Positions 1 through 10,355 of a DNA stretch of 64,000 nt are shown here, piece after piece. The stretch's first letter is position 1. Every line of letters starts with the position of its first letter. Below the pieces are notes generated by a model. That model was given only the letters and a program-made list of their open reading frames with translations, was not told the DNA's origin and searched no databases. This stretch comes from Pedosphaera sp. Lineage in GTDB: Bacteria; Verrucomicrobiota; Verrucomicrobiia; Limisphaerales; SIBH01. A program made the translations under genes and the position numbers. The DNA lies in contig JANOQV010000184.1 in assembly GCA_031414955.1 (NCBI GenBank), positions 96,001 to 160,000 of the forward strand, written 5' to 3'.

Positions 1-2496
1 TGGGTGCCGCTGCCGCCGATTCCTTCCACGGCACCGGAGATGGCGGGCGCGCATCTCGATCTGGTGACGCCGCAGGATTACCCGGCGGGGCTGGACATCC
101 CCGTCATCGCGCGCGTGGAAGATGGCACGGGCAACGCACGGCGCGTGAACGGCTGGGTGAGCGCGCCGGGCTACGAGGCGAGTGCGTTCCGCATTTTGCG
201 CGGCGGGGGTTTCGGCCTGCTGCCGCCGGCCGTTGCGGGAACGAATGTTTCGTTCAATGGCGCGCTCCAGTCGCTCGCCGCGAGCAAGCAGATCAACATC
301 GAATCGAACACCACCTGGACGACCGTCTCCGGCGTGCTCGGCACGACGACCTGGGCCACGAACTCGCGCATTCACGTCACGGGCCACCTCACCATTCCCG
401 CCGGGGTCACGCTGACCATCGAGGCCGGCACCGTGGTGCGGTTGAACCCCGGCGTGAACATCACCAACACCGGACGCACCCTCATCCACGGCACCGTGAC
501 TCAGCCGGTTGTGTTCACGCCCACCAACCGCGTCGCGCCGGAGCAACGCACCTTTGCGTGGGGCGGTTGGTTCATGCGCGGGTCCGCGTCCGAGTTGACC
601 GCCAACCACGCCATCATGACCGGCTCCGGCGCGGCCGCGAGCATCAGCTACTCGCCCGGCTCGAGCCACAAGTCCGAGCAGCCGCTGTTCTTCGTCCACT
701 CAAACGCGCTGTTGCGATTGACGAACTGCGCCGCCATCAACCTGGCCGGGCAGGTCGGCAACGGCTATTTCTCGACCATCACCTGGGAGCGCTGCCTGGT
801 GCAGCGCGCCATCACCGTGGGCGAATGGGAAGGCTGCACGAACATCGTCAGCCGCTCCGCCATGATCGAGTTCCCGTCAGTGGACGGCATCTACAGCGCG
901 GCCATCTCGGACGCGGACTACGACGGCATTTACACCATTCGCGGGACCAATTTTTACGTGAACAGCCTCTTCGGTTTTTGCAAGGACGACGCCATCGACT
1001 TCGGCTCCGGCGGGGCCGGCTCCGCTGTGGTGAGGAACTGCTGGGTTGAATCCGCCTTGCACGAGGCGCTCGCGTGGTCCGGCGAAGGCCGGCGTACCTG
1101 GACCTACGACAGCGTGCTGATGAACTGCGGCCAAGGCATCGAATGCGGCTGGAGCACCGGCGCGAGCAGTCCGCTCGTGGACGGCAGCAATCTTCTCAGC
1201 ACCGCCAATTCCGTCGGCGCGCGCTTCGGCGACAATTACACCGGCACCACCGGGCTGGGATTGAAGAACGGTTTCCTGACGCTCACAAACTCCTTCGTCC
1301 TCCACAACTATCGCGACGTGTGGGGGCAGGTCTGGGACAACACCTGGAATTACCGCACCGGCCAGATGGACATCCGCAGCAACTTCCTCACGGCGCCGAA
1401 CACCAACCATCCGGCCAACGCGGTTTGGAATCCGGCGACCGACGCGCCGCGGCTCGCGCCCTTCATGACCACGCCGCCGAATGCGCCGGTGGGCGCAGGG
1501 CTGGCGTTGTGGAATCTCAATCTCACCGTTGCCGATCTGACCAACGGCATTCCCGTTCGGCTCAGTTCCTTCACCACCAACACGGTCAGCGTGGATTACG
1601 CCATCGAAACGCCGGCTGCCACCATAGCGAGCGGCACGCTGGTCTTCACGCCCGGCGAGACGGTGAAGAAAATCTTTGGCAACCCGGCGGCACTGGGCGG
1701 AGCAGGCACCTGGCGCGTGGTCTTAAGCCCGAACACCGGCGGCGAGATTACCGGAGCGCGCTACGCCTACGCGCTGCCGTCCGTGAGCGCACCGACGAAC
1801 ACCACGCTCATTCCGTACGGCGCGAGCTGGAAATACCTCGACGACGGCTCCGACCAGGGCACGGCGTGGCGTCCGCTCGGCTTCGCCGACAACACCTGGT
1901 CGAACGGGCTGGCGCAGCTTGGATTCGCCGATGGCGACGAGGCGACTCCGATCCGCCGCACCAACAGCGTGACCTTCCAGACCAACATCACCTTCTATTT
2001 CCGCCGCGCGTTCACCGTCGCCAATGCGCCACAGTTCTCCTCATTGAATATGCAACTCCTGCGCGATGACGCGGGCGTGGTTTACCTGAACAACACCGAG
2101 GTGTTCCGCAGTCCGAACCTGCCCGCCGGAACCATCACCTACACGACGCTCGCACTCGGAGCCGCGCCGACGGACAACACCGTGGACACCACCAACCTGC
2201 CGCCGACCCTCGTGACCAACGGGCTGAACATCGCGGCCGTGGAAATTCACCAGCAGGCGCTGTCCTCCTCGGATCTCAGCTTCGACTTTCAGTTGCAGGG
2301 CAGCGTCGCGGCCACTTCGGTGCGGGTGGAGATGATGCCGTTCGGCGCGCAATTCGTGCTCACCTGGAGCGCGCCCGGCTACCTGCTTGAACAAGCCGAC
2401 ACCGTGACCGGCCCGTGGAACTTCGTCGCGAGCGAAGGCCCGGTCACAGTAAGTCAGGGTCCGCCCCAACGTTTCTTCCGCCTGCGAAAACCTTGA
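1..2496 (+). CDS. Large putative secreted protein, 5'-truncated; beta-helix-like region, Calx-beta-like segment, C-terminal 'QRFFRLRKP' tail
   Basis: Frame open from the window edge for 830 aa; 'DDAIDFG' beta-helix-like motif, 'GTLVFTPGETVK' Calx-beta-like motif, 'WKYLDDGSDQG' module and RFFRL tail typical of verrucomicrobial exported proteins. Confidence 0.7.
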   Translation, partial: WVPLPPIPSTAPEMAGAHLDLVTPQDYPAGLDIPVIARVEDGTGNARRVNGWVSAPGYEASAFRILRGGGFGLLPPAVAGTNVSFNGALQSLAASKQINIESNTTWTTVSGVLGTTTWATNSRIHVTGHLTIPAGVTLTIEAGTVVRLNPGVNITNTGRTLIHGTVTQPVVFTPTNRVAPEQRTFAWGGWFMRGSASELTANHAIMTGSGAAASISYSPGSSHKSEQPLFFVHSNALLRLTNCAAINLAGQVGNGYFSTITWERCLVQRAITVGEWEGCTNIVSRSAMIEFPSVDGIYSAAISDADYDGIYTIRGTNFYVNSLFGFCKDDAIDFGSGGAGSAVVRNCWVESALHEALAWSGEGRRTWTYDSVLMNCGQGIECGWSTGASSPLVDGSNLLSTANSVGARFGDNYTGTTGLGLKNGFLTLTNSFVLHNYRDVWGQVWDNTWNYRTGQMDIRSNFLTAPNTNHPANAVWNPATDAPRLAPFMTTPPNAPVGAGLALWNLNLTVADLTNGIPVRLSSFTTNTVSVDYAIETPAATIASGTLVFTPGETVKKIFGNPAALGGAGTWRVVLSPNTGGEITGARYAYALPSVSAPTNTTLIPYGASWKYLDDGSDQGTAWRPLGFADNTWSNGLAQLGFADGDEATPIRRTNSVTFQTNITFYFRRAFTVANAPQFSSLNMQLLRDDAGVVYLNNTEVFRSPNLPAGTITYTTLALGAAPTDNTVDTTNLPPTLVTNGLNIAAVEIHQQALSSSDLSFDFQLQGSVAATSVRVEMMPFGAQFVLTWSAPGYLLEQADTVTGPWNFVASEGPVTVSQGPPQRFFRLRKP

Positions 2497-3431
2497 TGCT
2501 CACCCGCCGGAAATTCATTGAGCGCTCGGCCCTGGCCACCGCTGCCGTCGCCACGTCGGGATGCGGCACCGTTCTTTCGCAGCCGCCCGATCTAATCGAT
2601 TGCCACACGCACTTCTACGATCCGACCCGGCCGCAAGGCGTGCCGTGGCCGGGGAAGAATGAGGCGCAACTTTATCGCCGCGTGTTGCCGGCAGACTTCA
2701 AACGCCTCGCCACGCCGCTCGGCATCACCGGCACCGTGGTGGTCGAAGCCAGCGCGTGGCTGGAGGACAACCAGTGGATTCTCGACCTCGCGCAGGACGA
2801 GCCGTTCATCAAAGGCTTCGTCGGCCATCTGAATCCGGGCGAGGTGGAGTTTCCGCCGCAGGTGAAACGCTTCGCGCGCCACAAATTGTTTCGCGGCATT
2901 CGCGTAAGCGGCGGCGAGGTGAAGCGGTTGATCGAGCCGGATCGCTTGAACCACTTGGGCCTGCTCGCTGAACTCGATCTCTCCCTCGACGTGAACGGCG
3001 GCGTGGATTCGTTGTCGTCGGTGGCCGCCATCGCCCGCGCCGTGCCTTCACTGCGCATCGTCATCGACCATGTGGCGAACGTGCGCATCGACGGCGAAGC
3101 GCCGCCGTCAGCCTGGCAGGAGGGAATGAGGCAGGCCGCGGAGCAACGGAACGTCTTCTGCAAAGTCTCCGGCCTGGTCGAAGGCAGCGGTCGCCGCCCC
3201 GGCCAGGCACCGCGCGATCTGAGCTTCTACCGCCCCGTGCTCGACCACGTCTGGCGGCTGTTCGCGCCCGACCGCGTCATCTACGGCAGCAACTGGCCGG
3301 TGAGCGAACTGTTCGCCAACTTTGCCACCGTGCATGCGCTGGTGAGGAGCTACTGCGCGGAGCAGGAGCGCGACTGCGGTCGATTCTTCGCCGCCAACGC
3401 CCGCGCGGCTTACCAGTGGGTCCGGAGGTGA
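2496..3431 (+). CDS. Amidohydrolase family 2 protein (L-fuconolactonase-like) with Tat signal
   Basis: ATG overlaps upstream TGA (TGATG); 'TRRKFI' twin-arginine motif; 'IDCHTH', 'IVIDH', 'CKVSG', 'YGSNWPVS' motifs. Confidence 0.8.
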   Translation: MLTRRKFIERSALATAAVATSGCGTVLSQPPDLIDCHTHFYDPTRPQGVPWPGKNEAQLYRRVLPADFKRLATPLGITGTVVVEASAWLEDNQWILDLAQDEPFIKGFVGHLNPGEVEFPPQVKRFARHKLFRGIRVSGGEVKRLIEPDRLNHLGLLAELDLSLDVNGGVDSLSSVAAIARAVPSLRIVIDHVANVRIDGEAPPSAWQEGMRQAAEQRNVFCKVSGLVEGSGRRPGQAPRDLSFYRPVLDHVWRLFAPDRVIYGSNWPVSELFANFATVHALVRSYCAEQERDCGRFFAANARAAYQWVRR

Positions 3432-3545
3432 GCGCTGGAGCGCGGTAACGACGTCTTGTCATGGCCCACAACTTTCCTCGGCCGGCCTGAATCCCGCTGG
3501 GATTCAAAGCCGCCCCGTCGCATGGTGGGATTCGATCGCATCATT

Positions 3546-4307
3546 CTACGCCGCCGCCAGCACCGACTTGAGCCACTCCATCTCCCCGTTCACATCCTCC
3601 GGCGCGAGGACCGTGCGGGCCACTTCATCTCGCAGCAATTCACGGAATTTCGCCCGCGCCCGGAACACCAGCAGCCGCACCGCCGTCTCGCTGGCTTCGA
3701 GTTTCACCGCGACCTCGCGGTAGGAAGGCGGCGCATCATCGCCGAGCAGGAACGGCAGCAGCGCCTCGAAGACCCCCGCGCGCCCCGTCTCCGCGAAGGT
3801 CTCGCGCAATTGTTCGCGCACGCCGTCGAGAAGGAGATGCGCCCAGGCCTGCGTGAAGAGCCGCTCCGGGTCGCGCTGGTCCTGCGGCTCATGGGCATAG
3901 CGATCCTCGGCGCTCATCTCCTCGAAGGCGATGAGCTGTTGCCCGCCGCCCCGCTTTTGCGAGCTCTCTCGACGCACTTGATCGGCCAGGTGCCGGTCAA
4001 GCGAACCGAGGAGAAACGTCCGCAGCCGCCCCTTGTCCGCTTGCGCCGCGTCGAAGGACTCGTCGTGGAGCAGCTTGAGGAAAAAGCCTTGCGTCAAATC
4101 CTCCGCGTCGTGCTGCGCGTGGCCGCGCCGGCGGAGGAACGCATAAACGGGATACCAGTAGAGCGCGCAAAGTTCCTCCAGCGCCGCCTGCCGGACCGCG
4201 CCGCCTTGCCGCACGCGCGTGACCAGGGTCCAGTGGGTGGTGGGGAACTCCGGGCGTGGGCCGGGCAGGCCCGCCGGGCATTGGTTGTCGGCTCTTGAAG
4301 GTATCAT
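3546..4307 (-). CDS. ECF sigma-70 factor of the PVC type usually paired with a Ser/Thr kinase
   Basis: 'FPTTHWTLV', 'YWYPVYAFLRRRG', 'DAEDLTQGFF' motifs; start uncertain. Confidence 0.8.
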   Translation of the reverse strand: MIPSRADNQCPAGLPGPRPEFPTTHWTLVTRVRQGGAVRQAALEELCALYWYPVYAFLRRRGHAQHDAEDLTQGFFLKLLHDESFDAAQADKGRLRTFLLGSLDRHLADQVRRESSQKRGGGQQLIAFEEMSAEDRYAHEPQDQRDPERLFTQAWAHLLLDGVREQLRETFAETGRAGVFEALLPFLLGDDAPPSYREVAVKLEASETAVRLLVFRARAKFRELLRDEVARTVLAPEDVNGEMEWLKSVLAAA

Positions 4308-4423
4308 CGCGAACGTCCGGAGCGTGCGTGACTTTCTGTCGGGAAGAAAGCCTATTCAAACCGCAGTGAGGCCTTCATTTTCCCGCGTTGCCGAGGATCA
4401 GGGAATTGCGGCAATGTCCCGCG

Positions 4424-5440
4424 ATGCAACTCCGACTCCGCGACCTTCATCTGCCCATGCGCCACGCTTTCACCATCGCGCTCGGCACCACCACGGTGCA
4501 GCACAACCTGCTGGTCGAACTGGAACAGGACGGAGTGATCGGCTACGGCGAAGGTGCCTCTTCGCACGCCTACGAAGCGTTCACAGCCGAGTCGATGCGC
4601 GCCGCATTGGAGGCGGCGCGTCCACGGATCGAGGGCGAACGACTCAATGAACCAACGAAGCTCTGGGACAAGCTCGCGCCGGTGCTCGGCCACAATCGTT
4701 TCGCCCTCTGCGCCCTCGATGAGGCCGCGCACGATCTGTGGGGTAAGCTGCGCGGCGCGCCGGTGTGGAAATTGTGGGGATTGGAACTGAAAAACCTCCC
4801 GCCGAGCGATTACACCATCGGCATCGATCCCATCGAGAAGATGGTGGCCAAGATGAAGGAATTCGACGGCTGGCCCATTTACAAGATCAAGCTCGGCACT
4901 GCGGACGACCTCGCCATCGTGCGGGAGTTGCGCCGGCACACCGACGCCGTGTTTCGCATCGACGCCAATACCGCCTGGAGCGCGGACCAGACCATTGCCC
5001 TCGCGCCGGAGTTGAAGAAGCTGGGCGTGGAGTTTCTGGAACAGCCGCTACCGCGCGATGATTGGAACGGAATGCGCCGCGTCTTCCGCGAGTGTGCGCT
5101 GCCCGTGTTCGCCGATGAAAGCTGTCTGGTGGAGGAGGACGTGCCGCGTTGCGCGGGATTCTTTCACGGCATCAACATCAAGCTGACCAAGGCCGGTGGA
5201 CTGACCCCGGCGCGGCGGATGATTACGCGCGCGCGCGAACTCGGCCTGAAGGTCATGGTCGGCTGCATGAACGAAAGCTCCATCGGCATCAGCGCCATCG
5301 CGCAGTTGCTGCCGCTCCTGGATCATGTGGACATGGACGGCGCGCTGCTCATCGCGAAGGACATCGCCAGCGGCATGCGCATGGAAAAGGGCCGGGTGAT
5401 TTTTCCGGATGAGAACGGCAACGGAGTGAACCTCCTCTGA
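4424..5440 (+). CDS. Dipeptide epimerase (L-Ala-D/L-Glu epimerase, enolase superfamily)
   Basis: 'YKIKLG', 'RIDAN', 'LEQP', 'ADES', 'NIKLTKAGG', 'DMDG' motifs. Confidence 0.88.
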   Translation: MQLRLRDLHLPMRHAFTIALGTTTVQHNLLVELEQDGVIGYGEGASSHAYEAFTAESMRAALEAARPRIEGERLNEPTKLWDKLAPVLGHNRFALCALDEAAHDLWGKLRGAPVWKLWGLELKNLPPSDYTIGIDPIEKMVAKMKEFDGWPIYKIKLGTADDLAIVRELRRHTDAVFRIDANTAWSADQTIALAPELKKLGVEFLEQPLPRDDWNGMRRVFRECALPVFADESCLVEEDVPRCAGFFHGINIKLTKAGGLTPARRMITRARELGLKVMVGCMNESSIGISAIAQLLPLLDHVDMDGALLIAKDIASGMRMEKGRVIFPDENGNGVNLL

Positions 5441-5444
5441 CCCG

Positions 5445-6659
5445 ATGAAAACGCTCATCGACGCCGCGGACCACACGACTCTTTGGGCGCTGATCGCCAT
5501 CGGCACCGCGGTTGCCATCTGGCTGGAGCAAACTTATCGCTGGGCGGCCAAACTGAGCGCGCCGGTGCTGGCCTTGCTCATGGCCATGCTGCTGTCGAAT
5601 ACCCGCGTCGTGCCCACGGAAGCGCCTGCTTATGATTTCGTCGGCGACTGGCTGGTGCCGCTGGCCATTCCGCTGCTCTTGTTCCGCGCCAACCTGCGGG
5701 AAATTTTCCGCGCGGGATGGAAGTTGCTGGTGGCTTTTCACCTGGCGGCCCTCGGGACACTCATCGGAACGGTGCTGGCCGTCTGGCTGTTGCAGGATCG
5801 GCTCGGTTCGCCGGACACCGCGCACGCGGCGGGCCTGATGGCGGCGAGTTACATCGGCGGTGGGGTGAACATGCTGGCCGTGAAGGCGAGCTACAACGTG
5901 CCGGGCAATCTCTACAGCCCGCTGGTCGTGGCCGACAACTTCGTCATGGCGGGATTTTTCATCATCATCCTCAGCATCGGGACAAGCCGCTGGTTTCGCG
6001 CGCGCTATCCGCACCCGCACTCGCTGGAGACGAACCCGGCCAAAGCGGAAAATCTCGCCGCCAAGCACTGGCAGCGGAAAGGCATCTCGCTGCTCGACGT
6101 GGCCAAGTCTTTCGCCATCGCCTTCGCCGTGGTGGCCCTGGCGGGTGGCCTCAGTCGCCTGGCCAAAGGCGCGTTGGGCGACACCTCCCAGTCCGGCGTG
6201 GGCATGCAAATGCTCGTCGTGCTTTGCACCAACCGGTTTGTGCTGCTCACGGGAGTTTCATTGCTGTGCGCCACGCTCTTCGCCCGCTGGATCGCAAAGC
6301 TGAATGGTCCGGAGGAATTGGGCGCGTATCTGCTGATGCTGTTTCTTTTCACCCTCGGCCTGCCCGCCGATCTGCTCACCGTGCTAAAACAGGCACCCCA
6401 ACTGTTCCTCTTCTGCACCATTATCGCGGCCATGAACGTGGGCTTCACGCTGGCCGCGGGAAAACTCCTGCGTTTGAACTTGGAGGAACTGCTCTTGGCC
6501 ATGAACGCCACCCTCGGCGGCCCGCCCACTGCGGCGGCCATGGCCATCAGCGCCGGCTGGCCGCGACTCGTGCTGCCCGGCCTGCTCATCGGCCTGTGGG
6601 GCTACGTCATCGGCACGCCCGTCGGGGTGATGGTGGTGGAGTTTCTCCTGCGCCGCTGA
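5445..6659 (+). CDS. DUF819-like multi-pass membrane protein
   Basis: Hydrophobic 404 aa; 'LVPLAIPLLL', 'SYIGGGVN', 'NATLGGPPTAAAMA' motifs. Confidence 0.75.
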   Translation: MKTLIDAADHTTLWALIAIGTAVAIWLEQTYRWAAKLSAPVLALLMAMLLSNTRVVPTEAPAYDFVGDWLVPLAIPLLLFRANLREIFRAGWKLLVAFHLAALGTLIGTVLAVWLLQDRLGSPDTAHAAGLMAASYIGGGVNMLAVKASYNVPGNLYSPLVVADNFVMAGFFIIILSIGTSRWFRARYPHPHSLETNPAKAENLAAKHWQRKGISLLDVAKSFAIAFAVVALAGGLSRLAKGALGDTSQSGVGMQMLVVLCTNRFVLLTGVSLLCATLFARWIAKLNGPEELGAYLLMLFLFTLGLPADLLTVLKQAPQLFLFCTIIAAMNVGFTLAAGKLLRLNLEELLLAMNATLGGPPTAAAMAISAGWPRLVLPGLLIGLWGYVIGTPVGVMVVEFLLRR

Positions 6660-6660
6660 A

Positions 6661-8151
6661 TCAGGCCGGAGCGCCGAAGACTTCCTCCACGCTCTCGAAA
6701 AGCGCGGCCACCATCCGCCGCACTTGCGCGGGCGTGGTGCAATACGGCGGCATGAGCACGATGACATTGCCAATCGGCCGAGTGAGCACGCCGCGCTTCG
6801 CCATCGCGGCGCAGACGCGGAGACCGGCGCGTTCGCGCAGCGCGAAGGGCTGTTTTGTCCTCCAGTTCCTCACCAGTTCCACGCCCGCGATCAGGCCGAC
6901 TTGACGGATGTCGCCGACGTTGGGCAGTGCCCAGAGTGTGTTCAACGCCTCGGTCATGGCTTGTTGCAGGGCGGCGCGGGCGCGAACCGCTGCATTCGAT
7001 TGCAGCAACTTCATGCTGGCCAACCCCGCCGCCGCGCCCAACTGGTTGCCGGTGTAACTGTGACCGTGAAAAAAAGTTTTGAACTCCTCGTACTCACCGA
7101 GAAAAGCATCAAAAACTTCCTGCGTCGTCAACGTGGCCGCCATCGGCAGGTAGCCGCCGGTCAGCCCCTTGGCCAGGCAAAGATAATCAGGTCTGACACC
7201 AGCCTGCGCGGCGGCAAAAAGTCCGGCTGTCGCCGCGCGCGAAGTCTGGTGACTCATCAGGCCGGTCCGACCGAAGCCAGTCATCACTTCGTCGGCGATC
7301 AATTGCGCGCCGTGGGCGCGGGCCAGGTCGGTCGTCTTCTGCAGCCAGCCCGCGGGCTGCGGAATCATTCCCGCCGCCCCCTGCATCAACGGCTCGAACA
7401 CGAACGCGGCGTAAGGTTCACCACGTTGCTTCTTCGCGGCGAAGGCCTGCTCGACCAGCCCCACGCATTCCCAGTCACACTTGCGGGTGGTTCGCGCCTC
7501 GGCCCGTTCGGGCTGGGCGCGATTGAACGGGCACCGATAGCAGTACGGCGACATCACCTTGTCCGACTTGAAGAGCAGTTTGCCGTAGCTTTTGTGGAAG
7601 AGGTCGATGTGACCGAGGCTCACCGCGCCGATGGTGTCGCCGTGATACGCGCCTTCGAGCGAGAGGAAGCGCGGCTTCTTTAGCCCGCGCGCGCGCCGGG
7701 CGAATTCGTAAGCCAGCTTCAACGCGACCTCCAGGGCGGTGGAGCCGTCGTCCGAGAAGAACACCTTGTTCAAACGCGGAACGCGGCGTGCGGAGCGCGG
7801 AACATGCGAGCCGTGGGGATCCAATTCTGCGTTCCGCACTCCGCGTTGCGCGTTCACCTTGACCAACTCCGCCGCCAACAGACTGGCCGGCTCATTGGCG
7901 AAGCCGAGCGCCGAGGAATGCGCGATCTTTCCGAGCTGCCGGCGCAGGGCCGCGTTCAGCTTCGGATGATTGTGCCCGTGCAGATTGGTCCAGATGGAGG
8001 AATTGGCGTCGAGATACTCGCGGCCTTTCACATCGCGCAGCACGGTGCCGCGTCCGCTCGTGATGACGAGCGGCTCGCTCCCGAGCCAGTCCTTCATCTG
8101 GGTGAACGGATGCCAGACGTGGCGATGATCGAGCTGGGCCAGTTTATGCAC
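6661..8151 (-). CDS. bioA: Adenosylmethionine-8-amino-7-oxononanoate aminotransferase, with two in-frame repeat-like insertions
   Basis: 'VWHPFTQM', 'FSDDGSTALEVALK', 'YHGDT', 'IADEVMTGFGRTG', 'AKGLTGGYLP', 'FFHGHSYTGN' motifs. Confidence 0.92.
   Translation of the reverse strand: MHKLAQLDHRHVWHPFTQMKDWLGSEPLVITSGRGTVLRDVKGREYLDANSSIWTNLHGHNHPKLNAALRRQLGKIAHSSALGFANEPASLLAAELVKVNAQRGVRNAELDPHGSHVPRSARRVPRLNKVFFSDDGSTALEVALKLAYEFARRARGLKKPRFLSLEGAYHGDTIGAVSLGHIDLFHKSYGKLLFKSDKVMSPYCYRCPFNRAQPERAEARTTRKCDWECVGLVEQAFAAKKQRGEPYAAFVFEPLMQGAAGMIPQPAGWLQKTTDLARAHGAQLIADEVMTGFGRTGLMSHQTSRAATAGLFAAAQAGVRPDYLCLAKGLTGGYLPMAATLTTQEVFDAFLGEYEEFKTFFHGHSYTGNQLGAAAGLASMKLLQSNAAVRARAALQQAMTEALNTLWALPNVGDIRQVGLIAGVELVRNWRTKQPFALRERAGLRVCAAMAKRGVLTRPIGNVIVLMPPYCTTPAQVRRMVAALFESVEEVFGAPA
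7773..7854. repeat. Heptamer (GCGGAAC-type) inverted-repeat hairpin inserted in-frame in bioA
   Basis: Arms 7773-7802 and 7825-7854 are about 26/30 complementary; same family as 23153-23241. Confidence 0.8.
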
Positions 8152-8243
8152 GCGGGGATTTTAACGCACCAGGTCCGCTGCGCAGAGCGGAAAATGCGGC
8201 GGCGGCCGGGCCCTTCGCCCTCAGCCGGAACGATGCAGAAGCA

Positions 8244-8387
8244 GCCTCACGCCAGGTCCGCCCAGGACGCAAAGGATGGAACCAATGGCATGATCGCAGT
8301 GGCCTGGAAGGTCTCACCAAATGGTGCGGACCATTCGGGCCGGCGAAGATAAATTCCTTTGCGTCCTTCGCGGACTTGGCGTGAGGC
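8244..8387. repeat. Intergenic inverted repeat of the CGCAAAG 9-mer type, with no passenger gene
   Basis: 8244-8276 and 8355-8387 are about 30/33 complementary. Confidence 0.75.
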
Positions 8388-8422
8388 ACAACCGTTCTCG
8401 ACGGCATCGTCCCGGCACAAAA

Positions 8423-8519
8423 CCGGTCTGAAAATTCGGCCCCGGAGTGCGCCCGGGGACGGACGCATTCCGGGGCCAGCGACCTGCGCCGTCCAAACGA
8501 CTTTTCAGACAGGCTCTAA
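8423..8519. mobile_element. MITE-like element related to 60877-61054 (opposite orientation, internally shortened)
   Basis: CCGGTCTGAAAA ... TTTTCAGACAGG ends; internal GGAGTGCGCCC/GGACGCATTCC hairpin; one end overlaps the response regulator stop codon. Confidence 0.65.
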
Positions 8520-9199
8520 CTTCCGCCCTGCGCCTCGACCCAGCGCACGGCGTAATGGATCAGTTCCGGCGCCGTGGCGAGGTTCAGTTTTTGTTTCACG
8601 TTCACGCGGTGAACCTCGACCGTCTTGATGCTGATCTTCAGCTTCGTGGCGATTTGCCGAGTGCTCTGGCCCCGGCCGATGAGTTGGAAGACCTCAAACT
8701 CCCGGTCGGTTAGTTGTTCGATGGGCGAGCCCGGCCCGGAGCGCCGCCCGGAGAAGACCTCGAGAATCCGCGCCGCCACCGGCGGGCTGACGTAGGTGCC
8801 GCCACCCAGCACGGCCCGGATCGCCTCCATCAGTTTCTTGCCCCCCTCCTGCTTCATGATGTAGCCGCGCGCACCAGCCCGCAGCACGCGCTCGGCATAA
8901 AGCGACTCGTCGTGCATGGAGATGACCAGGACCGGGGTCTTCGGGGATCGAATCTGCAAATCCTTGATCAACTCCAGGCCGTTGCTTGATCGCAAAGTGA
9001 TGTCCACCAGGGCGAGGTCGGGCTGCGCCTTCTCAATGGCGGCGAGCGCGGAGGGAGCGTCGTCGGCCTCGCCGCACACCGCGAGATCCGGCTCGTTGGC
9101 GATCAGCCGGCTCAGCCCTTCGCGCATCATCGGGTGATCATCAACGATGAAGATGCGTCGGCGGGTTCGGGATGCTGCTGATTTGGACTTCGTGCTCAC
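8516..9199 (-). CDS. NarL/LuxR-family response regulator
   Basis: 'IFIVDDHP' receiver domain and 'LTDREFEVF...KTVEVHR' HTH; GTG start overlaps the kinase stop (GTGA). Confidence 0.92.
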   Translation of the reverse strand: MSTKSKSAASRTRRRIFIVDDHPMMREGLSRLIANEPDLAVCGEADDAPSALAAIEKAQPDLALVDITLRSSNGLELIKDLQIRSPKTPVLVISMHDESLYAERVLRAGARGYIMKQEGGKKLMEAIRAVLGGGTYVSPPVAARILEVFSGRRSGPGSPIEQLTDREFEVFQLIGRGQSTRQIATKLKISIKTVEVHRVNVKQKLNLATAPELIHYAVRWVEAQGGS

Positions 9200-10305
9200 G
9201 ATGCCAATTGCGGGGGTACCGTGCAGATCACGCACACCCCGCCCCCCGCGCGGGACTCCACCTGGAGCGTGCCGCCCATCATCGCCGCCCGATGGCGCAT
9301 GATGCGCAGACCCATGCCCGGTCCTGGTTTCCATGCGGCCAGCCCGCCGGTGCCATTGTCCCGGATGTGGAGAGTGATTGGCCCGTCGCCGCCCGCCAGT
9401 TCGATCTCAATGCGTCGCGCGGCTCCGTGCCGGACGGCATTGCTTACCGCCTCCTGAGCGATGCGAAAAAGGTGCGTGGCCACGGCGTTCTCGAAGACGA
9501 GCACCGGCGCGGACCGGCGAAACAGGCACTCGACGCGGAAGAGGCCGCTCACGTCCGTGGCCAGTTGCTGCAAGGCGGACATCAAACCGTGGGACTCCAT
9601 CTCCACCGGCGAAAGCCCGCGGGCCAGCAGGCGCGTCTGGCGGATGGCTTCGCGCACGTACGCGGCCAGCTTCACGGTCTCCACCCGCGCCCGAGCGGGG
9701 AGTTGGGGTTCCATCGCCTGGATCATCAATTCCAGGCCGACCAGGTGCTGCCCCAATCCATCATGCAAGTCCTCGCCGATGCGCCGCCGTTCCCGGTCAC
9801 TGATCTCCAGAATTTCCTGCTCCAGCTTCCGCCGCTCCTCCTCCTCGCGTTTGCGTACGGTCAGGTCCGTGCGGATGGCCATGAATTGGGTGGGCCGACC
9901 GTTCCCATCCACGAAAGGATAAATCGTCGTGTCCACCCAGTAGATGGTCCCGTCCTTGGCCCGGTTGCGAATCTCGCCCTGCCAGATCTGCCCGCAGCCG
10001 ATGCTCTCCCAGAGGTGGGCAAAGAACGCCTTGGAGTGATAACCGGAGTTGATGAGGCGATGATCCTGGCCGAGCAGATCAGCGCGGGAGAATTTTGAAA
10101 TCTCGCAAAACTTGTCGTTCGCGTAAGTGATGCGCCCGCGCGGATCGGTCACGGCCACGATGGAATGCGCGTCGAGCGCGGCCTTGTACTGCTCGAGCAA
10201 GCGGCTGTGCGAGGCATCCGCCGCAGCCAGCACGCGGCCGGCGGCATCCGCCTGGTGCAATCGCGCCATCAATTGTTCGCGGCTCATCAGCGCGTCCTCG
10301 CTCAT
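9196..10305 (-). CDS. PAS-domain sensor histidine kinase (HisKA_3 type)
   Basis: PAS/PAC ('ITYANDKFCEIS', 'AKDGTIYWVDTTI'), 'DLHDGLGQHL', 'QEAVSNAVRH', 'GMGLRIM'. Confidence 0.92.
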   Translation of the reverse strand: MSEDALMSREQLMARLHQADAAGRVLAAADASHSRLLEQYKAALDAHSIVAVTDPRGRITYANDKFCEISKFSRADLLGQDHRLINSGYHSKAFFAHLWESIGCGQIWQGEIRNRAKDGTIYWVDTTIYPFVDGNGRPTQFMAIRTDLTVRKREEEERRKLEQEILEISDRERRRIGEDLHDGLGQHLVGLELMIQAMEPQLPARARVETVKLAAYVREAIRQTRLLARGLSPVEMESHGLMSALQQLATDVSGLFRVECLFRRSAPVLVFENAVATHLFRIAQEAVSNAVRHGAARRIEIELAGGDGPITLHIRDNGTGGLAAWKPGPGMGLRIMRHRAAMMGGTLQVESRAGGGVCVICTVPPQLAS

Positions 10306-10355
10306 TACCGCCAGCCTAACCCTGGCGGCGGCGCGGCGGCGAGAAAGTCTTCCGG

